Origin: Balanoglossus misakiensis
Taxonomy: Eukaryota > Animalia > Hemichordata
Assembly: GCA_040954595.2 (NCBI GenBank)
Contig: CM082578.2
Location: forward strand, 6,929,519 to 6,993,518
Direction of reading: 5' to 3'
Length of the DNA: 64,000 nt
In this document: one piece after another, positions 1 through 21,153 of the stretch
How the letters are laid out: each line of letters opens with the position of its first letter
How positions within the stretch are numbered: the first letter of the stretch is position 1
Program-made: the position numbers and the translations under genes
The notes under the pieces: generated by a model
Database searches by the model: none
Told to the model about the DNA's origin: nothing
Seen by the model: the letters and a program-made list of their open reading frames with translations, nothing else

Positions 1-7517
<7,517 letters not shown>

Positions 7518-8323
7518 GTGAAATATGAGACATGAAACAGATGAAGCTGAAATCGTGATTTCCAAGAATGTTGCTTGATAAATTTACGATATTCATGAAA
7601 AATAAAGATGACATCATGCGATAGAATTGCGCCAAATTCGGTGAAATTGCAAAATATCATGTTTCCAATGAACCTTTTTTTTGCATTATTTCACATTTTT
7701 TTACAAGTGGGGCATATATCCAGACTTAATGTATCTATAGTATGTTCTTGAAAAACTGATGCATATATTCACAGACTGTGGTATATTTCAAATCGACACA
7801 CATATTTTTAATTAAAAAATATATGGGTGTCTTACATCGAACCTTACCTTAAGTTGGGTAATTTAGTACAGTATTAGTTCCTTTCAATACCATATAATTA
7901 GGATTCCTTCAAAAATTTAAGGTACTACAATTGGACATACAATTTTTTAAATAAGAATATGCTACTATATTCCAACTTATATTTACATCTATGCCATTTG
8001 ATATCTTAGTATCTCATGAATTGCTATTTCTAAAAAAATGTACTTGCATTTTATATACATGTACTACGTACAATACAGATACTACATAACAGAAAGACCA
8101 CAAAATACTGTGGCACGCCTATTTATCCATTGTTAATATCTTGACAACACATAACATGTGGTACACGCAAAATGTTATGTTTGACAGACTTATTTTTGAA
8201 TTGTTTGGGGCGCGATATTTGTGTAAATAATGCATTAAAATGTAAACATCTGTATTTTATAACACATGTACGTTCTAGAAAACACAGTTGGTAACAGATG
8301 ATTTCCCACTCATATTAACGAAA

Positions 8324-9074
8324 TCTCGCGAGACTTGGTTAATTACCGTAGTTGATAGCCAAGTGATGCAAGTCAAGCTTTGTGTGAAATTAGAATAGGT
8401 GCAGGGTTTAACAAAAATTCTAACTTTTGCGCTGTTTGACACAGTGAGCCATGTGTTGTTTGTTCTGTGTCATGTGAGAAAGTCATCCCATACAAATTGC
8501 CTTGGCACATTAGATCTCGCAGAGTCAATATTTACCATGTTATAATATTAATAAAGTTTAAATAAATAAAAAAATAAAGTAAAGTATACTATGTTAGTGA
8601 ACTTGTGGATATTTTCCATTTTGCTTGACTATATTGAAACAATACGTTTCAATTCTTGGAACAAGTGCTGTGATATTGTCAATAGCGATAGATGCTCCAG
8701 GCGAACATGTGGTGTATTGACCTATGTGAAGCTACAAAGCACAATTCTTGAAAACCTTGTTTCTGCACATACTACTAGCTACAGAATGTTGTGATAATGG
8801 GTGTACACGCACCCGTAACGCCATCAGCGACAGAACTATGAATATCTACATATGGATATTTGGACAGATCAGTCGCGACCGCACAGAAAGTCTACGCCAA
8901 GTGAGGGCGTCATTCTCAGCAATGGTGGAAGTGGAAAATGGAGAAGAATGAATGAACTTGCCGAGTCAGCGCTGATTCAGCCTACCAAACTCACAAACAT
9001 CCATGTTTGTAGATTGCAAGTGCTAATCACAAGAGAACACCTGTATAGATAGCACGTAACCGACTTTGGTAAGT
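8324..9074 (+). promoter_or_regulatory. Putative NEIL2 promoter and non-coding first exon
   Basis: Palindrome TCTCGCGAGA (BANP/ZBTB33-type housekeeping motif) at 8324-8333; GTAAGT donor at 9069 that could pair with the ttttcag acceptor at 9517 just before the ATG. Confidence 0.4.
8448..8527 (+). repeat. Dispersed repeat fragment (second copy about 13807-13886)
   Basis: gccatgtgttgtttgt(t/c)ctgtgtca...agatctc(g/a)cag is shared by both sites. Confidence 0.6.
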
Positions 9075-9527
9075 AGTGGATAGCGAAATCGCCAAAATCA
9101 TGGTAACTTTTCCACTGCCAGAATTGTTTACAACAAAACCATGTCTCTCTCTGTCTCTCTGTATCTACCGAGTATCGCCAAGAGCAAGACTGGTCAGTTC
9201 ATCATCGGAGTATCATCTTTCATTTCAAGTGTTGTTTCTCATGCATTCTGTTTCCTAGTTTGTTTGTGCATGTGGTTTGTTGTTGTTGTGGGGTCTGTTA
9301 AATCAGTGATTAACTTTTAGAAATTTGAAAATTTCTTGTGAATTAAAAAGTGATTTTAAATGCTGTCAACACCGGTGATAAAGCTGACAATTCCCCCAAC
9401 AACCCAAACTGTAAAAATTAGCAGTTATAAACTTTCTCAGTTCAATATAGTTTGCCAAATCTCCTCCGTTCATGTGTGCTTGCGGTCTCCACATTATTAT
9501 CTTTCTGTTGTTTTCAGTCAAGTAGAC

Positions 9528-10745
9528 ATGCCGGAGGGACCGAGTGTGAAACAGTGGAGCACCACAGCAGAAAAATTCATCGGCAGAACGATTAAAGAAG
9601 TTGAGGGAAACACGCATGTCGTCGACAAGCAAGGCCTGGTCGGTCACACCTTTTCCTCGGTTGAAGTGTACGGAAAACAGATGTTTCTGCAGTTCTCCAA
9701 GGATCGCAGCAGTGGCGTCAAGGGTGATGTGGTGCGCGGAGACAGTGCAGGAGGTGGCAGTACTACGCCAGGGAAAGACGCCAGCGGAGAGATCTGGTTG
9801 CGGTACCACTTCCTGATGTGGGGGAGCATGCGGGCCAACGAGCTCAAGGGGCCGTCGCGTCAGTCCAAGACGCAGAAGACGCCGGCGCCGCGGCTGCTCA
9901 TCAGGTTCCAGGACGGGGAGTTCCTGGCCTTCTACAACGGGAGCGTGCAGTACGTGGACGAACCCTGCAGCCCCGACAGCGCCACAGACGTCTTGAAGAC
10001 AAACTTCGACGTGGGGAAAGCCGCGGCGTCGGTGCGGGGGAAGAGGGCCGTCTGCTACACGCTCCTGGACCAAGGGGTGTTCTCGGGCGTCGGCAACATC
10101 ATGAAGAACGAGGTGCTTTACGCATGCAGGCTTCATCCCCTGGAGCTGGGTGTGGACGTCGCGCAGGAGGACGCCAAGCGGCTGGTGCAAGAGGCCGTCA
10201 AATTCAGTGCCATGTGGATGGATCTGGAGAGAAACCGGGTGTTCAAAGAAACCTGGAAGAAGTTCGCCGGCGAGTTTCAAATATACAAGAAGGGAAAGTG
10301 TCCCGAAGGACACAAGACGAAAAGAGACTGGTTTGGGGACGGACTCAAGAGGCTGACGTACTGGTGTCCCGAATGCCAGGCGTTGAAGGGAGAGGGAATC
10401 CTGGATGGAAAACTGCCTGAATCTGACGCCGATGGCAAAGTGACAAGGGGGAAGATGAAGAAGATCAGGACGTCGAAAAAAGGTACAGAGGGGAGATCGG
10501 GAGAAGGAATTAACAGTGGCCACATCGCCACTGAGAGAAAAACTTCAAAGACCACCAATAATAAGAGACAAGGAGAAAGACGACGGCCAAAGTTAATCCA
10601 GAAAGCAACAGCAACCAAGTCCACCCCTTCTAGCGCCACAGACATCCTGACCGTGAAAGGCAGTGCTAGAAAAGGGAAAAGAAAATCTGAAAATTCAGAC
10701 TCGCGTTGGATGCCCTCCAAGAAAAGACACAAAACATCCGAGTAG
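9528..10745 (+). CDS. NEIL2: Endonuclease VIII-like 2 DNA glycosylase/AP lyase (Fpg/Nei family)
   Basis: N-terminal MPEGP catalytic motif at ATG 9528, GKQMFLQF, WLRYHFLMWGSMRANE, H2TH motif LLDQGVFSGVGNIMKNEVLY, CHCC zinc finger CPEGH...YWCPECQ typical of NEIL2. Single coding exon preceded by a splice acceptor. Confidence 0.92.
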   Translation: MPEGPSVKQWSTTAEKFIGRTIKEVEGNTHVVDKQGLVGHTFSSVEVYGKQMFLQFSKDRSSGVKGDVVRGDSAGGGSTTPGKDASGEIWLRYHFLMWGSMRANELKGPSRQSKTQKTPAPRLLIRFQDGEFLAFYNGSVQYVDEPCSPDSATDVLKTNFDVGKAAASVRGKRAVCYTLLDQGVFSGVGNIMKNEVLYACRLHPLELGVDVAQEDAKRLVQEAVKFSAMWMDLERNRVFKETWKKFAGEFQIYKKGKCPEGHKTKRDWFGDGLKRLTYWCPECQALKGEGILDGKLPESDADGKVTRGKMKKIRTSKKGTEGRSGEGINSGHIATERKTSKTTNNKRQGERRRPKLIQKATATKSTPSSATDILTVKGSARKGKRKSENSDSRWMPSKKRHKTSE

Positions 10746-13398
10746 TTTGCTGCAGTCAGCACTGGCATGTGCAGAGGGGTTTGTTGTTGCTGGTGATAAC
10801 CTAAACTCTGGAATAAATTGTCTCACAGACTATTGCAGAGGTCTATGGTCTTGAGAAGTCACAAGATTTTTGCCTTAGACACGTTTTACTGTACTTGTCC
10901 CGAGTTTACATTCTCCTACTGTTCCCATTATTTTTTTCGTGTATATATATATATATATTATATATTTCTCTGGTTTCATGTGACATTTTCATGTAGAAGT
11001 AAACGTACACGCACATTTCAGGGTTTATTAAGAAAGTACTTTTAATAACAAAACATTTACATATGAATAATTACTGCATTTTTATACCGTACAAAAAAAA
11101 CTTTTCTAGCAGCATCAATTTGTCTGATTGCAAACCGTCCAGCATCAGTCTGGCTCAGTTGGCATGGCAATATAAATGAAATAAATTTTGGAGGACACGT
11201 CTGAACCAAACCAGAAGAATCCAAAGTTTGTGATTGATTAAGTCCAATGCTGCTTTCACAGAAATCTTGTTAAATTTGAAACATGGCTAAGTTGACACAG
11301 CTCAATGTATTGGCCTTGAGAGAATGACCGAGTTGAGAGTCAAGTTTATTCTTTGGAGGTACATTGTACACATACATGTATACCATCATACAAGGGAAAT
11401 CAAAATGTGTTTCGCCAAGAAAATTGATTCAGTATGGAAAAATGGTGGTACATGTACTCCAAAATGCAAGATTTCATGCCTTGTTGGCCACACCCATCTT
11501 CAGTAACAATTCAAGTACTATAGCCTGAATAAAACTCTGAACTGCAAACAAAATATACATCATGGCAGTATTTTATATAGGTAATTTTTCTGTATCATTC
11601 AGATCACGGTCATCAGTGTATCATGGATGCAAAATATTTCTACAGAGTATGTATTTTTGAAATCTTTTGCCCCCTGGAATTGTGTACAATGACTGACAAT
11701 AAAATGTCCACACTGAATCTTGACTGCAAATTTTAGTCTGTGAATTTAGTGAAATGAACACACTGCAAGGACATTGAAGTTTCTCGATATTGAAGTAATA
11801 ACTGCACTCACTACTTGTTGCCTCCAACAACAATGAGGCCTCCACACTGCCACTACTGCAGCTATTAAAAGTAACTGATGGTCGATGGCAAAGCCTTTTC
11901 ATTGGCAAAGCATCATTCACCCCTGTACACATTTCCTGGGAATCACTCCAAATTCTTCACAATACTCAAGGTGTCAATGCAGAAATAATTATACAGCATT
12001 TCATCAAATAGGTATTTTGAAAAAAATTGGGCTGTAAGGCAACAAGTTCTGGCATTTGCCATGAGGATTGCTAAAAGGGCCGTCTTTTTGAAACCACATC
12101 TTCCCATCTTTTGTCAATTTTTTTTTTTTTCAGGGGGGGGGGGGTTCTTTCAAGACATTTTCGGGAATAGCTTGAACAGTGTGACATAGCCACAGAAAAG
12201 GAATATAATTTGAAGTGATTACGGCCCATTTGTGTAGTTTGGAAGTGCCCATTTTGTGATTGCAACTACGCGTACTTATTTCTTCAATTGTTTATGTTTA
12301 CCTCAATGTTTCATAGCCAGCTAATAATCTCCACTAGACATCTCCTGGCTGGTGTTGTAACACCGAGGAGGTAGTCAATGAAATGAATCGGAACATGACA
12401 ACATACTTACCTTTGTCTAATGGGGATCCAAACTAGTACATTAACACATTTTTTTCTATGGTCAAGTTTTGCATGGTTTCGCCAATATATTCAATATTGC
12501 TTTATTTATCATGGACAATTGCTAAGTTTCCTACACCGTGTCGAAAATCAGCTAAGTCCACTGCTGTGTCTATGTCCAGCTTGTTTGCTACGTTTGTGTC
12601 AGACTCAGCCAGCTGTCAGAAATCAACTCGTGTCAACGTCCGCTACATGTGTTTGAGTCAACTACTGGTTGTCGGGTAGCTATCTATTGTGTCAAATTTC
12701 CAATGTGCACCTCGAACACGCTTCACAACGATGCACATGCAAACTTTTTTGAAACAGACATCAAAATAAATCCGGGGAAAATAAATCATGTTTTATGAAT
12801 AATGAAAAAGAAAACATCCATGGTTCAACTTCATGAACATGACAAAAAGACCTCGTGGGTTTTGATTTTTTTCTTACAAATATACAGCACTATCTTTCAG
12901 AGTCTCTGTTTTCCCACCCAGACGCTATTAGCCTGAGAAGAGTCAACTGTACAATCAATCTCCCTGAATTTCAAAGTAAAAAAAAAGTCCATCTCGGCTG
13001 CCAATCCTATCATTGTTATTTTGTCCATTTTTGCTATGATGTGTCACAGGCTGGAAAATGAACATATTCTCTCTACAATATCTTGGAATCTGCATTAATG
13101 AACATTAGTCTTTTTTCTCGGAAGATTATTCTGCAATTCAAGTTCATTATCATTCCACTCGACTCCTATTTTTTTTTCGTGTGCAGTGGGATCCACTGGC
13201 GGTAAAACATACAACAGGAAACTGAAGGGTCACATAGTTCATTCCCTCCAGAGCCAGGAGAGGTGGTTATAAACCAGTTGGAAAATATACAATTCCGACA
13301 TTAACTTTATGGCTTTGACTGGAGCATCCGTTCGCATTGTATGTATGGTGGACAGTTCGAACGCGAAAAAAATGTCACTTTCGGAAATTGTCACTTTC

Positions 13399-16300
13399 TC
13401 AACTGTGCGGTGCCAAGTCAAATCTTTTGAACCTATCTATCTCAAAGAAACCTGCTTTAACTATGCGTCCTCCAAAGTACCTGCCGTTCAAATCCACCAC
13501 GGCTGTGAAAGTAAAAAAGTTTCAATCTTGGTTATTACACAGGCACATATTGAGTGAAGACAATGAAAGAAGGAAAGATATTGCAAAACATCATGGTTAG
13601 CGTTTGTCACTTTTAAATAAAGTTTAAATAATTGTTTACACATCTACAATTATCTTCCAATCTGATTAGTTGATTAGTTTCTCGTTTCAAGTTCAAATTT
13701 GTGGTTGTTTCACGCAGGTTTTAAACTAGTTACAAGCATTGACCAGTCCAGCTGTGTATTATTTTTCTCTGGAGTTTGTAATTTTTGAACTCTTTAATTT
13801 GATGGGCCATGTGTTGTTTGTCCTGTGTCACATGAGAATGTCTTTCATATAAACTACCTAAGCCATGAGAGATCTCACAGGGTCTCATAGAGTTTAGAAA
13901 ACAGTCTATTGACCAAAATGTTTTTGTTTTTTTAATTCTCACCCTAATACATCATACATGTACAGTCGATTCAAACTAATTATCAGTGGGGGAAAAACAC
14001 AACTGCTGGCCTGGTTCAACTGGTTAGCATTTATAAACTACTCAATAAAATTACAAACATGCACAAACAAGACACAATCCTATGTATGTCTTAGAATGTT
14101 AGAGTAAAAACACTATGTACAGAATACATACAAATCTGGGTCATGAGCAACCAACCACAGCACAACTGAAATTGTTACCTTTTATTGCAGATTCTAATCT
14201 CTCGAATTCAATAAATATCCTAACGGCTTCATCTTCTGATCCTCCAGGCATCTGATGCAACACACGCAATGTGATAGACAAAGTTATTTTCAATTGCAAA
14301 GCACGCAGAAAAGACATGTAGTGAAGACTTCTGTGCATGAGACACAAGCGCTATGGAATATTGACCTACACTCATCACAACACACACAGATACAGATTTC
14401 CTGTTATTAGCAATTTTCGTGACTTCTACGTGTACATGGCCTTACATCCTGTTATTTTTGGCGTGTATAGATCTTTAACCACAGCTGCATTCACCAAAGT
14501 CTGTATTGAATTGAACTGAATTGCCTCTGTCTCTTTGAAATTTCCCTGCATCTAAGTGTTGTGCAATTGCAATCCACCTAAAATACCAGGACAAGGTCAT
14601 GTAGGTCACGAAAATGGCCAACTGCCCCTCTCTACCAAGCTCATCAGACAGTAAACGCAAAACGCCTTCACATGTCATCTCTCTTATTCACCTCTTAGCA
14701 ACACCAATCACCGAAGTGTCCACGTTTAATACATCATGATAATCTTGAAAAAATATTCTCTCCACTAAATTTCACTTACCTTTCTTAAATCTACAGCCAA
14801 ACCCCATCGCCTGCTTGTCCATCCCTCTCCCCACTTTCTCTCCCTCTACCCCCCCCCCCCCACCCCACACACACAATACAAAGAGGAAACTTGTATGCAT
14901 CCACCATGAGCAAGAAACTTTTTCTGCATGACGACACTTCCACTTCATATTCGTAGACTGAATTCTCAGTCATAATAGGATCATTGACTTACTTCATAGA
15001 TGAGAACTTTTGTAACCTTGCCGTATTTGGAGCACTCTTCCGCCGTCTCGGGTTCTAAGTCTTCGTCGACCTCTCCAGGGCCTACCATGTTCTACATGGT
15101 CAGGGTATCATCGCACAGTTAGTTCATACATTCCAAAAAAAGTGGCTAAACTATGGATGTGCTAACACAAAAATCTAACAACACAGGTTTCTAACAATAG
15201 CTTGGGCCGTGCAATTTCTTACTATGCCAGCCAAATTTGCTCATCTACTCCCAAAATAGTGGCCAATGAAAGTTTTTCTCACACCAAAATCTAACAAAAT
15301 AGGTTTCAATCAAAGCTTGGGCCAAAGCAATTTTAACTCATCGTATTTCTTACTATGCCAGCCACATTATACAGTGAAATCTGTCAATCAAAATTGTTCA
15401 ATGTGCATTATGTTTGGTTTATACCCTTTGATTTGGGGAAAACAATAGCAAGTCATTATCATGACAATTTGTTGCGCTTGGATTAGCATAAACCAACACT
15501 GTATGAGAAATTCCTATGGAGAACACTGGACAACACCAGTACATACAAACAGCTGTTCGGTGGACGACCACAGAACAAATTTTAAAGGGGGAGGGTCGTC
15601 ATCTGTATTGGGCCTACTGTGTACGAAGACCATGCCAAGCAATATATGTTGTATCAAAAGAAATTAGAAATGTGATGTAAAGTAACAATGCATTGTTTAC
15701 CATGATCTACAGTGTAATACAAAGTTATTGTTTTCAAGATGTCCGTACATCGTAGCTGCTACACTGAGATCGATTTGTTAGCAACTGTTTTGCATGGGAC
15801 CTGTTACCTGCAAGCCGCAGATGGAACGACACCCTCCCCCTTTAAAATCCCTTAGAAGAGGGGGTATACTTACTCTGAGTAAAACCACTTTACTGGGATT
15901 TCGCATGGCTTCCGTGAGAGCCGTGGCGGAGCTCTTTGACGGGGGTTCCGGCACCGGTTGCGGCATGGGAGGAGGAAGGGGTTCAACTGGTATGACTGAA
16001 GACGGGTGAAGAAATGTTACACGAGACAGCAAGACAGAAGAGTTATAAGATGCATTTTCTGTGAACAGATTCCATGATAGCGGGGGCCAAGGGAAAGTGT
16101 CAGAGCTTGAAAGTGGGCTATGTTCTAACTACACTACGACATCTTGAGCATGGAACCTCAAGACACAACAAAAATGGTAAATGTACACACCACTATTCAG
16201 CCAGAAATATCTCAAAGAAAGCTTGTTTCTAACACAACAGCTACGACAAAGCTTTGGCGTCATAACCAAGACTTAACACTTCACTTGTCTGGCCGATGGC

Positions 16301-19300
16301 TGTACAATGAAAACTGTTTAATACCTGGCTTGTCACCCGCAATGATTTTGCCTCCCCTCTTGCTCGTCTTCTCCACTTGTAACGCCGAGCTGATTCCCTG
16401 CTCTAACTTGCCGAGCCCCTGGCCCTCTTTGAAGCCGTACTTGGCCATGATTTTGGCAGCAACAGAGCCGGATCTGTGGATGCAAGGAAGATATTTAATT
16501 CATACCTCAAACACCCCTTGATCGTATGATATGATATCTACATGGTTCACTCCCTCTCCCGATTGTCTCCATCTCCCTCCCCCTCTTCTCTCTCCCTCCC
16601 TCGCTGACATTTCCCATGTAAGCTCAGTAAAGGACTACCCGAGAACAAAATAACATATTGACTACAGCAAAGAGATGCTGCAAAAGTTATGTGATGGCAG
16701 TTCACGTGGATCAACATGTACACCAAAACGTGCATATTTCTTCATTTGTTTTTACACACAGTACCATTCTCGAACTCCAATCAAAACTTCACAAGAGCTA
16801 CAGTGTGCACAAGTGCAATGTTGCAAGGAGCAAACTATCTCGTAATCACTACTTATGCAGCTCAGCTGTACTGATATTGGCCCAGAATTGAGAACATAAA
16901 AACTTCCTCCTTACCCAAGTCCCACTGGAGCCTGGAAGCTACTCGGTTGTGGTTTTGGCATAATCATTGGTAATGACGTTGGTGATGGCATGGTCATCTG
17001 TAATTCCGGCGGTGGGGATACATTTCCGAAGGAACTTCCTGGCGGTGGTGTGGTGGCTCTCTCTGGGTCTGCATCATAGTTGGCCACAAGGGGCTTGGTT
17101 GCTATAATCTTGTGTTTCTCAAACGGTCTACTTGGAGGTACAACTGGAAAGAGAACGAGAATGAGAATGAGAATCTTACACTTCTTTGTGAAAATATGTA
17201 AAATGTAAACTTCGGACATGATAATGTCTTAGGAATATTTCCATTTTAAAAAGTAGTATTTTCTTTCATTGAGATACCAATCATTATTTTCATTGTATTG
17301 ATACTAATCATAAAGTTAAGACATTCTACAATTTACTTCTCGATAGAGTAAATCTTTTGAGCTTATTATTAAGCATTAAAAAAGCAGTGTCTGCAATTGA
17401 CTACTGTACAGAAATCACCCATGCTAAAATTGAAAGTAAAACTGAATAACCACAGCGACGGTTCTTGTGTCAGCAAATTTCATTTGATAGCAAAGTCAAC
17501 TCTCCAGGAGTTTCAAGTCATAAACTTCACCATGAGATTTCCTAATGTGAGAAAAAATGATTCAGGATTTCACAAGCTTCTTGGGGGAGCCACCATAAAC
17601 CTTGAAGGTATGTTTCTATTACTTACATATTGCGTCGTTGTGGTTGTCTGCTTTTGGCTGCGAATCTTCCGCAATAAGTGATGCTGGTGGTGCTATGGCT
17701 GCCCCACTCATTGCTGCACCTGTAACAACCAACATGGAGTCAAGTCAATCTCACAGCCTCATTTCTCTGACCCTGTCAACATCCCGTTTTGGCTCAAAAC
17801 CGGTGTTTTCAATGGTAAAGTTTGACAGCTACAGAAGGCGGGGTTTTTAAGGGCAAAATGGAAATACAACTGTACCTTGTCTCCTCCTTTCCCTCTCTCT
17901 GTCTCTTTCCTCGTATTCTTCATCATCACTATCTGGTCTCCTGGAGAATCCCCTTGGTGATCTGTCTCTTCCAAATCTCTCCCTATCTCTATCTCTCTCC
18001 CTATCTCTGTCTCTCTCCCTCTCTCTGTCTCTCACACTATCTCTCTCCCTATCTCTATCTCTGTCCCGGTCCCTGTCACGGTCTCTTCTGTCTCTTCGCC
18101 TGCTGCTGAAACAAAATTAATTTTCACTTTGAAAAATCTGTGTCAATGTATACTTTCCACGCAAAGTTACAGTTTTAGACATACGCAGGTTTTCAGTGGG
18201 TGGCACACACAAAAAAGTGCCCCACCATTTGTTCATTCAAACACTTAGAGTAGACATGCCTATTTTACCATATATACGCATATGTAAATTAGAGGTGACG
18301 GTACACATTTAAATATCATCAACTATATGATCACTGCAGTGTGCCTACACACTAAACATCCTATAAACAACAAGTATCCACCAACCAGTAAAACCCATCA
18401 TTACCTGTCATCCACATCTTTGAGCCTTTCATGTTCTCTTTCTTTCTGCCTCCTTTCTCGCCTCTCTTTAACTATTTTGTCGTATTCATTCGGCCAAAGT
18501 GGATTGTATTCATCATCAACTCCAGGAAAGGAAGGCTCTCCGGCACTCACAAAGGGCGACGGTTTGGGAAACGGTTCTTCCGGTGCTGATAGGGCGATCG
18601 TCTGGGCGGTGTTATTGACATACAGAAAGAACAATTTAGAGTTTATTTTAAAAATAACTCTTCAGGATATTTTACAATTATTTTTTTTCATGAAGAGAGT
18701 ACCATATCTCAGACAGCTCACTGATCGCAGCCATTTAACTTTTTGTCAGAAATTAGGCAAAATGCTGACAAGTTATTCTGAGCAAAAACCGAACCCTAAA
18801 CGTGATTGTCTAAGGCAACGAAAGCAATTCTGTTAATTTACATTTGGACGTGTTTGTAACATGTTATGTTGAGGCCAACATTCCAGTGTACAGCTGGCTG
18901 AGGTTTCTCATGTTTGCCATGAATAGATTACATAAATAAATAAACTAAAATATTTACAAGATATCTCAACTTTGAGGTAAACTTGTGAGTGTCAATAAAA
19001 GATTGAAAAGTCAACAGGCAAAACTACTACCAACCTTAATCGGTTTTGTGGTTGCCAACTGTAAAGGAGGCGGTGGCATATCACCTCTTTCTTCATTGAT
19101 TTTTTTGAGATCGACTACCGGGGCTAGGGTAGTACTTCTGGTGGTGCCACGTATTCTCCTCTGTGCTTCAGTGAGAGCCGCTTTTTTGATTCTCAACTGC
19201 GATTGCATCAACCTGATTCCGGTTGACCAACCAGCTGAAACGACAAGAAGAGAGTTTTTAATCGTCTTCACGCGATGTGCAGTTTTAACCCTTTCACCCC

Positions 19301-20610
19301 TACCTCTGTATATAAGACTGACCAATTCAGTGAATACAATAAGGGCCGTTCCAAACACTGACAGTGAAAGGGTTAAATCCACCAAGTGTTTCCCAATAGG
19401 TAACATTCTCTTCAAGTTGTTCACACTGTTTTCAGGAATATTTGGATCAATTTAATTCATTTTCTCTGTGATTCATTTCATAACAAAAACACTAAGAGGA
19501 CTCTCAGACAGTGGCATTAAGCAAAGATCTTTGACATAAAACGTTTGAACATTTACCAAGAAAATGAAATGTATACAACTACACAGCCAATGGTATCTAA
19601 GAATCGTCCATGAGAACTCTCAGTAACTTAAAAGTCAGTCGCAGAAAATGAGAAAAGGTAAATGATTGCTACTCTACAGATCCTAGTCATGGTCAACATC
19701 AATTTAGAAGAAGTTCATTTCACTAGAATAAGATTTCAACGGAAAACAAAACCCATGCACACACACACAAGGAAAAAAAATGTGACTGACAGCACGAAAC
19801 ATGGCAGTCTACACTATACATGATCACTAACACACTAACTTGTAAACAGAATGGAACAAACCTTGCCAAGTTGGACATGCACGGAACCACATTATCACGA
19901 AAATAAATCAAATCAGCTTTCAGGCTCTAGTGGTCAGATGTTTGTATTTTGAGACTGCACACAAACTACCATAACACACACACATGAAGAAGAAAACTTT
20001 CTGCTCTGTTTCGGGGAATCTTACAATCATTGTTGAATGACAGACCCTGCAGTACAAAATGCCTACCGGTACTTTGTGTGACAGGCAGACAGAGACTTAC
20101 AATATTACAGCAGGCAAAATAAACATTGCCTGGTAAATTACAGGGGTAGGTTGGCTCGGGATTCTGTCATCCTGTAGAAGTTATTTTCACCATGCATACA
20201 TATAAAATATGATTTCTTGACAATTTGAGTTTCCTCAACTTTGCCTAATTTAAATCACTGGCGTCTTAGGTTAAAAACATTTCATCAATCAAAGGTACTC
20301 CGCAGTAAAAATTAGAATAATCTCCTGTTTGTTGTCAGCATATTCTGTGTACACATAATTGGTGCAACACCTGTTACAAGCATTCACTTTGCCTTAATAT
20401 TGACCAGCAAATTAACAAAACGCTGAAAGCACCTGAATGAGAAATGCTTGAAGAGAATTCCCAGGTAAAACTTGCTGGCACTATTTAACTATTCTACAGT
20501 AGTTAGCCAACATATAACCACTTGTACTCACCTATGTCTGATTTCTTGCCATCGCCACTGTCTTCCTTCTTGGGGCCTGTATCCAACCCCAAACCATCAT
20601 ACAATGACAT
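13399..20610 (-). CDS. RBM17: Splicing factor 45 (RBM17/SPF45), G-patch and UHM/RRM
   Basis: Exons 20610-20532 (MSLYDGLG), 19234-19035 (GWSTGIRLMQSQL), 18601-18405 (DEYNPLWPNEYDK), 18105-17876 (RD/RE repeat, RRPDSDDEE), 17719-17627 (GAAIAPP), 17143-16915, 16473-16325 (G-patch KIMAKYGFKEGQGLGK), 15995-15874 (PSKVVLLR), 15091-14993 (NMVGPGEVD), 14251-14179 (VRIFIEFER), 13502-13399 (DLNGRYFGGR, TGA). Confidence 0.95.
18188..18312 (-). mobile_element. Degenerate copy of MITE family C in an RBM17 intron
   Basis: ttttcagtgggtggcac...ggtgacggtacacatttaa matches 55855-55948. Confidence 0.55.
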
Positions 20611-20969
20611 GATGGAGGACAGTCTCTGTTATAAAACACTAAACATGACAGTACAATTGTGAGTCGGGGGCACTACTCAGTCCAACAGGCAAAGGTGATG
20701 AATGATGAGGCAGTGGTTTCAGCAATACCATCTATCACATACTGGCAAGCTAGTCCTCACAATCGATCGCTATCTTTCTTTCACACTTGCATGTACTATA
20801 TATTGAGTCATCTATTATTGACCACAAGTGGTGATAATGTACAACTATATTGTTCTTTTCATTTGGCACACACAGTGGCGTTGGGCAGCAACATTTTCCA
20901 CACAGATCTGGAAAAAAATGTCATGTTATCAAAGTCACTTCGTTCAACATGTGGGGGTCATATGAGAGG

Positions 20970-21153
20970 TACTGTAAAACGGGAAATGTTTGCGAACTTC
21001 GCGACAGCCAAAAACAAAAAATTGCGGGGGAAAAAAGTTGTGTAAAATGTTTTTCGGAAACAGCAATGCAGTTAGTGAAATACGAGAACGCGAAATTTAA
21101 TTGTCGTGTAACAGATGCCTCTTTATATCGCGAAAATTTCCCAGTTTATAGTA
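20970..21153. mobile_element. Short MITE with TACTGTAAA...TTTATAGTA ends (TA TSD, Tc1/mariner-like)
   Basis: Imperfect TIR tactgtaaaacgggaaatgtttgcga / tcgcgaaaatttcccagtttatagta. Confidence 0.65.

Noticed and set aside
9360-9527. N-terminal extension of the 461-aa ORF upstream of MPEGP
   Set aside because: Fpg/Nei enzymes need Pro2 at the N-terminus; the upstream part is intronic (polypyrimidine tract and AG at 9517).
9366-10523. 385-aa antisense ORF (and 200-aa alternative-frame ORF 9818-10420) over NEIL2
   Set aside because: Shadow ORFs expected from GC-rich codon usage; no recognisable motifs.
15165-15365. Short local duplication in an RBM17 intron
   Set aside because: Real but ordinary degenerate tandem duplication of about 65 bp with no sign of function.
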